NCBI GenBank assembly: GCA_043743165.1
Contig: JAYTXA010000066.1
Coordinates: 4,847 to 68,846 of the forward strand
Length of the DNA stretch: 64,000 nt
Origin: Acidobacteriota bacterium
GTDB taxonomy: Bacteria > Acidobacteriota > Vicinamibacteria > Vicinamibacterales > CAVVIG01
Direction of reading: 5' to 3'
Shown here: positions 25,236 to 33,064 of the stretch, one piece after another
How positions within the stretch are numbered: the stretch's first letter is position 1
Layout: each line of letters begins with the position of its first letter
Program-made: the position numbers and the translations under genes
The notes under the pieces: model-generated
The model's database searches: none
The model's input: the letters and a program-made list of their open reading frames with translations, nothing else
Told to the model about the DNA's origin: nothing

Positions 25236-25411
25236 CTGCTCGGTCCGGCTAAAGGCGGACACTACGATGGTGCCCATCGACCCGTCGCGTTTCGCCTGCA
25301 GCCCGGAGCCTGAAGCCCAGAGCCAGCCTGTGGCTCGCCCCTTGCCCCTTCCTCGACGTCGTACGGACTCGCACGCCGAAACACTCGACATTCCACGAAT
25401 GCCGGCGTCGC

Positions 25412-27850
25412 GTGCGCAGATTCCGCACCCAGCGAGGCATGGTGGCGATGGAGATTTCGCAACACAGGATCGGGGACCGCGTGCGTGTGCGCCAGCGCAC
25501 CTGGATGGTGCAGCAGGTGGACAACTACGCCGGTTGCCTGGTCTACACGCTCGGAGGCCTCGGGCACACCGGCCCTGCCACCTGCCGCGTCCTGCATCCG
25601 TTCGACGATGTCGAGCGGGTCGAGGCGGTGCGTCGGACACGGCGCGTACCGCTGCGCACGTGGAGGCAGGCCTGTCGTGCGCTGCTGCTGCAGCACGGCG
25701 ATGCGTCGGCGCTCAGAACCGCTGCATCGGCTCGCATCGAGTTGCTGCCCTATCAGCTCGAGCCAACCCTGGCACTGCTGCAGGGGCACGGGGCACGGCT
25801 GCTCATCGCCGACGAGGTCGGCCTCGGCAAGACGGTGCAGGCCATGCTGGCCGTTGCGGAGCTGCGCGCGCGCGGCCTCGTCTCCCGCGTGCTCGTGCTG
25901 TGTCCAGCCGGCCTGCGCGAGCAATGGGTGGACGAGTGCGCGTCGCGTTTCGATTTGCTGCTTGCCCTCCTCGACCACGCCGCGATTCGCCGGGCGGTGT
26001 CGCGGCATCCGCCGGGGGTGAACCCGTGGCTGCTCGAACCGCTGGCGGTCGCGTCCATCGACTACGTGAAGCGTCCGGACGTGTTGCCCGCCGTGCTGCA
26101 AGCGCACTGGGACATGGTCATCGTCGACGAAGCCCACGGGGCCTGTGGCGACTCGGACCGCCACGAGGCCGTGTCCCGGCTCTGCGCCCGCGCACCCTGG
26201 GTGGTGCTGCTCACCGCGACGCCCCATAGCGGCGACGACGGGGCGTTCACGTCGCTGTGCGCGTTCGGGCGGCACGACGACGGGCTGGTGGTGTTCCGCC
26301 GGTCACGCCTCGAGACCGGTCGCGACGCCGGTCGCCGGGTGCATACCTTGCGGGTGCACCAGACGCCGCCGGAGCGCCGCATGCACGCTGCACTGGCCAC
26401 GCTCACGAAAGCCATGCGGCAGGCGTCGACCGAACTGGATCGGCATGCCTGGCTACTGCTCACCCTGCTCCACAAGCGTGCGCTGTCCAGCCCATTCGCG
26501 CTGGCCGCCTCCGTCGAGCGCCGGCTGCAGCTGCTGGGCACCTCGGCCGATGCCGCAACCCAGCAACTACTGCTGCCTCTAACCGACCCGACCGGCGAGC
26601 TCGACGACGCCGACACCGCGCCGATGTGGAGCGCGCCGGTGCTTGATGATGTTGGTCGCGAGCGTCGCCTGCTCGAACAACTGCTCGCCGCCGCCAGAGA
26701 TGCCGAGGGCACCGAGGCCAAGCTGCACCGGCTGCGGCGTCTGCTGTGCCGCCTGCGCGAGCCGGTCATCATCTTCACGGAGTATCGCGACACGCTGATG
26801 CACATGCGGACGCAGGTGGCCCCGCACGCATCCGTGGTGCACGGCGGCATGACGCGCGAGCAGCGACGCGCGGCGCTCGCGGCCTTTCCGTCCGCAGGCG
26901 TGTTGCTCGCCACCGATGCGGCGGGCGAAGGGCTGAACCTGCAGTCGCAGTGTCGAATGGTCGTCAACCTCGAGCTGCCGTGGAATCCGATGCGGCTCGA
27001 ACAGCGGATTGGCCGCGTCGATCGCATTGGTCAGCGAGCGCGAGTGCACGTCGTGCATCTCGTGGCCGAGGGCACCGGCGAAACGCGGCTGCTCGAGCGA
27101 CTGGCCGGACGCGTGCAGCAGGCGCGCGCTCGCGTCGGCGCGCCAGACCCACTCTGCAGCCGGCCGGAATGGGCGGATCAGGCGTCGGCAGCGCTCGTCG
27201 TACTGGGAAGCGACACGCCGGACATGGCAGCGCGGACCGCCAGCACTCCGCCCTCGATGCCGTTGACGCGGCTCGTCGACGAGAGCGAGTGCGAAGCGGC
27301 ACGCGTCCGGTCGATGCGGCTCATCGCAGAGGCGCACGCACGTCTGGCCGCGCGCCCAGGAGCGTTCGGGGTGTTGGTCAGCCGGGCACGCGCGGCGCAC
27401 ACGCGCGCGGCGTTGGCGGGCCGCGCGCTGGCTGTCTTCCGCTCGGCGATCACCGACGGTGGCGGGCGCCTGGTCGCCACGCACGTCTCCGCCGTGCTCA
27501 GCCCACCGGGCACGCCAATCGAGGTCGCGGCGCGCGCTGCCGCTCTGCATGCTTCTCGCGGGGAGTGGTCGGCACAGGTGCGCGAGGTGCACGCGCGCCT
27601 CACCGCGGTGTGCGCGAACCGTGCCCGGCACATCGCCGGACTGTTCGACTCCGCGCGCGGCGAGCGGCAGCCCGGATTGTTCGACCGCCGCGTCGAGCGC
27701 GAACGGCGCGACACGACCGACGCGCAACTGGCTGCGCGCGCCCGCGCCGATGAACGTGTCGCGCGTGTGGAGCAGTCGTTCACGCTGGAGGCGACCGCAA
27801 GCGAGCTGGTGCTGCTGCTGTCGCCAGGCGCCGACGGAGCACCGCGATGA
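25412..27850 (+). CDS. SNF2/RAD54-family helicase
   Basis: LLPYQLEPTL..LLIADEVGLGKTVQA (motif I), MVIVDEAHGA (DEAH). Helicase-C region: VVHGGMTREQR..LLATDAAGEGLNLQ..NLELPWNPMRLEQRIGRVDRIGQ. The start is more likely ATG 25439 or 25448. Confidence 0.9.
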   Translation: MRRFRTQRGMVAMEISQHRIGDRVRVRQRTWMVQQVDNYAGCLVYTLGGLGHTGPATCRVLHPFDDVERVEAVRRTRRVPLRTWRQACRALLLQHGDASALRTAASARIELLPYQLEPTLALLQGHGARLLIADEVGLGKTVQAMLAVAELRARGLVSRVLVLCPAGLREQWVDECASRFDLLLALLDHAAIRRAVSRHPPGVNPWLLEPLAVASIDYVKRPDVLPAVLQAHWDMVIVDEAHGACGDSDRHEAVSRLCARAPWVVLLTATPHSGDDGAFTSLCAFGRHDDGLVVFRRSRLETGRDAGRRVHTLRVHQTPPERRMHAALATLTKAMRQASTELDRHAWLLLTLLHKRALSSPFALAASVERRLQLLGTSADAATQQLLLPLTDPTGELDDADTAPMWSAPVLDDVGRERRLLEQLLAAARDAEGTEAKLHRLRRLLCRLREPVIIFTEYRDTLMHMRTQVAPHASVVHGGMTREQRRAALAAFPSAGVLLATDAAGEGLNLQSQCRMVVNLELPWNPMRLEQRIGRVDRIGQRARVHVVHLVAEGTGETRLLERLAGRVQQARARVGAPDPLCSRPEWADQASAALVVLGSDTPDMAARTASTPPSMPLTRLVDESECEAARVRSMRLIAEAHARLAARPGAFGVLVSRARAAHTRAALAGRALAVFRSAITDGGGRLVATHVSAVLSPPGTPIEVAARAAALHASRGEWSAQVREVHARLTAVCANRARHIAGLFDSARGERQPGLFDRRVERERRDTTDAQLAARARADERVARVEQSFTLEATASELVLLLSPGADGAPR

Positions 27851-30800
27851 TTCCCGGCTTCGGCGGACACCTGCTCCCGGAAGACTTCGTCGAGGAACGA
27901 CTGCGGTCCGCCCAGGCGCGCGCCGCGGGTGTCGAGCTGCAACGCGCCATGAAGACCTGGTGCGCAGCCACGGCATCACTGGGCCCGGCCACCGGACTGC
28001 GCGCGCTGGTCGACGTGGCGTTGCTCCCGCTGCTCGAACACCTTGGCTTCTCCGCGCCAGGGGTGGCGGCCATGCACCGCGAGCACGCGACCGTGCCGTG
28101 CTTGGCCGGTCGGTCGCCGGTGGTGCTGCTGGCGTGTCCGTGGGGAACGGCGCTGGACCGGCACTGGCGTGCGGCCGTGGTCGACGCGCAGCGCCTCGGC
28201 GCGCGCTGGTGCCTGCTCTTCAACGGCACGCATCTCCGCCTGGTGTCCGCGGCGCGACTGCACTCGCGGCGCCACGCCGAGATGCACCTCGAGGAGGCCG
28301 CCGACGACCCGCGGGCCGCGGCGGCGCTGGCGGCACTGTTCACGTCACGGTGGTTCGACGGCGATCGCGACGCCCTCAGCGCGCTGCTGGCTGATGCGGA
28401 GCAGCACGCTGCCACCGTCTGCCAATCGCTGCGCGGCGGCGTGCTGGACGCATCGGCGCACGTGCTGAGGGCCCTGCTGACACGGGAGCGGACGCGACCG
28501 GTGGCCGACGTCTTCGAGCAGTCGCTCACGATCGTCTACCGGCTGCTCTTCCTCTTCTTTGCCGAGGCGCGAGGGCTGGTGCCGCTCTGGCACCCGCTCT
28601 ACCGGGACAGTTACAGCGTGCAGACGCTGCGAGAAGCGGCACTCACACCCGACAGCGTCGGACTGTGGGACGGTCTGCGCGCCGCCACTCGGCTGGCCCA
28701 TGCCGGCTGCCACGCCGCCGGACTCACCGTCACTGCGTTCAACGGCCGGCTCTTCTCTCCCACTCGCACGCCACTCGCCGAGAAGCGCAACCTCGACGAT
28801 GCCGAGGCGAGGCAGGCCATTATCGCGGTCTCCACACGACGAGGCGCCGACGCCGAGGTGCGCGAGCGCATCTCCTATCGCGATCTCGACGTGGAGCAAC
28901 TCGGCGCGGTGTACGAGACGCTGCTCGACTACGAACCGCATGTCGAGCGGACACCGCGTGGGCGCGCCTTGAAGGTCTCGCTCCGTCCAGGCTCCGGCGT
29001 GCGGAAAGCCACCGGGACGTTCTACACGCCGCAATCGCTCGTCGAGCACCTGCTGCGCGACACGCTGGCGCCGCTCGTGCGCGACGCCACACCCGAGCAG
29101 ATCCTCACGCGCTCGGTGCTCGACCCATCGATGGGCAGCGGCGCTTTCCTGGTAGGTGCCTGCCGCTATCTCGCCACGGCGTACGAAACCGCACTCGTTG
29201 CATGCGGCCGCTGCCATCCGGGCGACCTCGGCCCGTCGGAGCGGGCCTCCATCCGGCGCCTCATCGCCGAGCGGTGCCTGTACGGGGTCGACATCAACCC
29301 GACCGCCGTTCAACTCACCCGGCTGTCGCTCTGGCTCGCCACCCTTGCGGCGGATCGTCCGCTCACGTTCCTCGACCACCGCCTGCGCGTCGGCGACAGC
29401 CTGTCGGGCACCTGGCTCGCGCTGGTGCGGTCGGCCCCAACCCCCAGGCGCGCATCCGGCAGCTTGCCGCTGTTCCCGGACGACCTTCCGGCCGAGGCGC
29501 TGCGCGGCGTGCTGCCTGTCCGCTTCAGCCTGGCGGCCGGGCCGAACGACACCGCGGCACAAGTGCGGGCCAAGGAGCGCGCGCTCGAGCGCCTCGCCGC
29601 TCCGGGGTCGCCGCTCTTCACGTGGAACCGCGTGGCCGACGCCTGGTGCGCGGCATGGCTCGCCTCGCCGCCCGTGCCGCCACACACCTTCGGCGACCTG
29701 TCCGATGCGCTCATCACGGGGCGCTCGCAACTGGCCAACACCACGCTGAAGGAACTGCTCGCACGCGTAGACGCCACACGCGACACGCGCCGGCTGTTCC
29801 ACTGGGAGCTCGAGTTCCCCGAGGTGTTCTTCGACGAGTCTGGCGCCAGAAAGACCGGCGCGGGATTCGACGCCATCGTCGGCAACCCACCATGGGACAT
29901 GGTGCGCGCCGACGGTGCAGGCGACCGCGACGCCGCCAGGATGGAGGCCTCGTCGCTGGTGCGCTTCGCCCGCGACTCCGGCGTGTACGAGGCCCGGTCG
30001 GATGGCCACGCCAATCGCTATCAACTGTTTGTCGAGCGGGCGCTCGCGCTGACGAAGCCTGGCGGACGCATCGGGCTCGTGCTGCCCTCGGGCATCGTGG
30101 CCGACGCGGGGAGTGCGTCGCTGCGACGGTTGTTGTTCTCGCGCGCCCGCGTCGAGCGCGTCATCGGCTTCGACAACCGGCGCGGTACCTTTCCCATTCA
30201 CCGCAGCGTGCGCTTCGTACTGCTTTCGGCCACTGCCGGCGCACCGACGAGCGAGATCGCCTGCCGGTTCGGTGAACAGGATCCCGCCGCGCTGAGCCGG
30301 GTCGCCTTGGACGGCGGCCGCATGGACCCCACCTGGTTCACCACACGCGTCACGCCAGCGCTGCTCCAGCGCCTGTCAGGCGACGACCTCTCCATTCCCG
30401 ATCTCCGCTCGCCGCTCGACCTGGCCATCCTCGAACGGGCCGCGTCGCTGTTCCCCCCATTGGGCTCGGACGCAGGATGGCGGGCGCGTTTCGGCCGCGA
30501 GCTGAACGCCACCGAAGACCGGCGCTGGATGCGGGCGGACGGTGTTGGTGCACCGGTGTTCGAGGGGAAACGCATCGAGCCGTTCCGGACCCTGCCGGGT
30601 CCGGCGCCGTGGCACATCGACCCGGAGCACGCGGACCGCCTGCTTGGCGCGCGCTGGCGACGCACACGCCTCGCCTACCGCGACGTGGCCAGTGCCACGA
30701 ACCGGGTCACGCTCATCGCCGCGCTGCTGCCGGCGAGGTCGGTCTCCACGCACACGCTGTTCTGCCTGAAGACCGATGTGCCGCATGGAACGCAGCGCCT

Positions 30801-31131
30801 GCTCTGCGCGCTCTTCAACAGCCTGGTGGTGAACTTCCTCGTTCGCCTCCGCGTCACCACCCACGTCACCACGTCCATCGTGGAGCGCTTGCCGATGCCG
30901 CTCGAGCACGACCTCGGGCCCGACGCCGATCGGCTCGTGGCCGCGGCCGCCACGCTCGAGCGGACACCGGACGCCCAACGCGTCGCCTGGCTGAACGGTG
31001 CGGCGGCCCGCGCCTATCAGCTCACCAGCGAGGAGTTCGCGCACGTGCTCGCGAGCTTCCCACTCATCGACGCGTCGGAACGCGACGCCATGCGCCGCGC
31101 CTTCGAGCGCCCGGAAGACGTCGTGTTCTGA
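27847..31131 (+). CDS. large N6-adenine DNA methyltransferase, Eco57I/PglX-like (Type IIG/IIL architecture)
   Basis: 1094 aa. ATGA overlap with the helicase stop. LLFLFFAEARGLVP helical region, GTFYTPQSLVEHL, motif I VLDPSMGSGAFLVG, motif IV IVGNPPWDMV, and a C-terminal specificity-like domain (LFNSLVVNFLVR..ERLPMP). Confidence 0.9.
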   Translation: MIPGFGGHLLPEDFVEERLRSAQARAAGVELQRAMKTWCAATASLGPATGLRALVDVALLPLLEHLGFSAPGVAAMHREHATVPCLAGRSPVVLLACPWGTALDRHWRAAVVDAQRLGARWCLLFNGTHLRLVSAARLHSRRHAEMHLEEAADDPRAAAALAALFTSRWFDGDRDALSALLADAEQHAATVCQSLRGGVLDASAHVLRALLTRERTRPVADVFEQSLTIVYRLLFLFFAEARGLVPLWHPLYRDSYSVQTLREAALTPDSVGLWDGLRAATRLAHAGCHAAGLTVTAFNGRLFSPTRTPLAEKRNLDDAEARQAIIAVSTRRGADAEVRERISYRDLDVEQLGAVYETLLDYEPHVERTPRGRALKVSLRPGSGVRKATGTFYTPQSLVEHLLRDTLAPLVRDATPEQILTRSVLDPSMGSGAFLVGACRYLATAYETALVACGRCHPGDLGPSERASIRRLIAERCLYGVDINPTAVQLTRLSLWLATLAADRPLTFLDHRLRVGDSLSGTWLALVRSAPTPRRASGSLPLFPDDLPAEALRGVLPVRFSLAAGPNDTAAQVRAKERALERLAAPGSPLFTWNRVADAWCAAWLASPPVPPHTFGDLSDALITGRSQLANTTLKELLARVDATRDTRRLFHWELEFPEVFFDESGARKTGAGFDAIVGNPPWDMVRADGAGDRDAARMEASSLVRFARDSGVYEARSDGHANRYQLFVERALALTKPGGRIGLVLPSGIVADAGSASLRRLLFSRARVERVIGFDNRRGTFPIHRSVRFVLLSATAGAPTSEIACRFGEQDPAALSRVALDGGRMDPTWFTTRVTPALLQRLSGDDLSIPDLRSPLDLAILERAASLFPPLGSDAGWRARFGRELNATEDRRWMRADGVGAPVFEGKRIEPFRTLPGPAPWHIDPEHADRLLGARWRRTRLAYRDVASATNRVTLIAALLPARSVSTHTLFCLKTDVPHGTQRLLCALFNSLVVNFLVRLRVTTHVTTSIVERLPMPLEHDLGPDADRLVAAAATLERTPDAQRVAWLNGAAARAYQLTSEEFAHVLASFPLIDASERDAMRRAFERPEDVVF

Positions 31132-31147
31132 AGGTGGAAGCCGGATG

Positions 31148-31471
31148 TCAGAGCTTCCTGTGGAACACGAGGGCAGCCACGATGCCGGCCGTCAGTTCCA
31201 GCAGGACGAGTCCGGTCAGGGTGAAGAACGTCCAGTCGCGCCGCAAGCCGTACACCACCACCGACACGGCCACGCGGGTCACCGGCGTGGCCATCAGCAT
31301 GACGAGGCCCGCCGTCATCAGCCATCCCGCCAGCACGGCCAGGCCCGGCACCGTCAGGCTCAGCACCAGCCCCGCGGCCAGACAGCTGCTGCTGGCGTAC
31401 ACGCCGACACGCAGGACCGCACCCAGGCGCTCCTCGAGCGAGACGTCGCTCGGCGGCGGGTTCACAGTCAT
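31148..31471 (-). CDS. DUF1634-like small membrane protein
   Basis: 107 aa from MTVNPPPSDVSLEERLGAVLRVGVY, with three or more hydrophobic helices. The ATG overlaps the stop of the upstream TauE gene (ATGA), which is the usual DUF81/DUF1634 pairing. Confidence 0.7.
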   Translation of the reverse strand: MTVNPPPSDVSLEERLGAVLRVGVYASSSCLAAGLVLSLTVPGLAVLAGWLMTAGLVMLMATPVTRVAVSVVVYGLRRDWTFFTLTGLVLLELTAGIVAALVFHRKL

Positions 31472-32301
31472 TGCAGGCTCCGATACAGCATGAGGATCGA
31501 CACCGAGAACAGCACCGTTGCCAGCAGCAGCTTCAGCGACTTCGCGGAGGCACGCGCCCCGGCGCGCATGCCGACGCTCGACCCTGCCTGCACCCCGAGC
31601 ACGGCCGCGGCCGCCAGGGCCGGAATGAGCATGCCGTTGCCGTAGTAGATGACGGCGCCCGCAGCTGCGGTGACGCCGATCATGAAGGCGCTTGTCGCGG
31701 CCGCCGCGCGCAGCGGCACGCCGCACCAGGCATTGAGCACCGGCACCTTGATGACGCCGCCGCCGATGCCGAGCAGCGACGACACATTACCCGCCACGAA
31801 CGACGCCACCAGCGCCAGCGGCACGCGCTTCACGCGGTAGCTGACCACGCCGCCGCTCTCGCTCTCGACGTATCGTCCGCCCAGCCGGCCCGTGTCGAGG
31901 GCGTCGCCCACCACAATGTTGCGCTTGTTCAGCCGCGACAGGGTGGTGACGCCGACGATGGCGGTCACCCCGGCAAAGACCTGTTCCAGCGTGTGCTGGT
32001 TCATGTACTGCGCGGTGATGCCGCCGAGCAGGCTGCCTGCCGCCGTCGCCACCTCCAGCACCATGCCGAGCCGATAGTTGATGAGGTGCGAGCCGGTGCG
32101 TCCGGCGGAGACGGTGCTCGACGTGCCGATGACGGTGGTGAGGCTGATGGCGGCCGCCACACCGATGGGCATCCCCATGCCGATGGTGAGGAATGGCACG
32201 AGGAAGATGCCGCCACCAATGCCCAGTGTCGCGCCGAGTCCACCGGCCACGGTCCCGGCGACCAGGACGATGAACACCAGGACAGGGGTGACGATCGGCA
32301 T
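31468..32301 (-). CDS. TauE/SafE (DUF81) family anion exporter
   Basis: 277 aa from MPIVTPVLVFIVL. Duplicated LGIGGG(I/V)..VP motifs, and polytopic. The track ORF extends spuriously to 32568. Confidence 0.85.
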   Translation of the reverse strand: MPIVTPVLVFIVLVAGTVAGGLGATLGIGGGIFLVPFLTIGMGMPIGVAAAISLTTVIGTSSTVSAGRTGSHLINYRLGMVLEVATAAGSLLGGITAQYMNQHTLEQVFAGVTAIVGVTTLSRLNKRNIVVGDALDTGRLGGRYVESESGGVVSYRVKRVPLALVASFVAGNVSSLLGIGGGVIKVPVLNAWCGVPLRAAAATSAFMIGVTAAAGAVIYYGNGMLIPALAAAAVLGVQAGSSVGMRAGARASAKSLKLLLATVLFSVSILMLYRSLQ

Positions 32302-32370
32302 CGCGCTGTAGCAACGATAGCGCACGTCCTGATGCGTTCGCGCACCGCGTGCGTTTGGTAGGCTGGGAGC

Positions 32371-33040
32371 ATGAATGCCCCGAGCTTCACGCCCACATCG
32401 ATCGCCTTCCTCCGATCGCTCACGCGCAACAACGATCGCGAGTGGTTCCGCGCACGCAAGGGCCAGTTCGAGCAGCACCTGAAGGCGCCGATGGTGGCGG
32501 TGATTGAAACAGCTCGCGGTCGACTTCCAGGAATTTGCTCCCGAGCTCGTGGCCACGCCGAGGTGCATCTACCGCATCTATCGCGACACGCGCTTCTCGG
32601 ACGACAAGACGCCGCTCAAGACCAACATTGCCGCCAGCTTCCCGTGGCGGGGGCTGCCCCGGCATCAGGGAGCCGGCCTCTACGTCGAGGTGGCGCCGCA
32701 GTGGGTGTGGGTGGGAGGCGGGATGTACGCGCCGGATACGTCGCAGCTCGCCAGGGTTCGCGAACACATCGCCGCCAACCACCAGCGGCTCCGCGCCGTC
32801 CTCGAGTCGCCCGGCTTCCGCAAGACGGTCGGGAGGCTCGAGGGGCAGACGCTGCAGCGCATGCCGGGCGGATTCACGGCAGAGCATCCGGCGGCCGACT
32901 ACCTCCGTCACAAGCAGTTCCTGGCGGCGAAGGAGTTCCCGGCCACCTTCGCGCACGACCCGAAGTTCTATGCCGGTCTGCTCGCGGTGTTCCGGCAGGT
33001 GGCTCCGCTCGTCCGCTTCCTGAACGAGCCGCTGACGTAG
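32371..33040 (+). pseudogene. DUF2461 (TIGR02453-like) gene interrupted by a +1 frameshift
   Basis: The N-terminal part is in frame 1 (MNAPSFTPTSIAFLRSLTRNNDREWFRARKGQFEQHLKAPMVAVIE). The remainder is in frame 2 (KQLAVDFQEFAPEL..IYRIYRDTRFSDDKTPLKT...). They join at the AAA run 32507-32509; deleting one A restores ..VIEQLAVDF.. Confidence 0.7.
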
Positions 33041-33064
33041 CTCGGTCGGCGGTAGACTCGTCGT

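Noticed and set aside
25412-31131. Calling the SNF2 + methyltransferase pair a DISARM (class 1) or BREX system.
   Set aside because: The core genes are absent from the locus: drmA/drmB/drmC for DISARM, and pglZ, brxC and brxL/brxA/B for BREX. The neighbouring genes are unrelated. Only the resemblance of the parts is reported.
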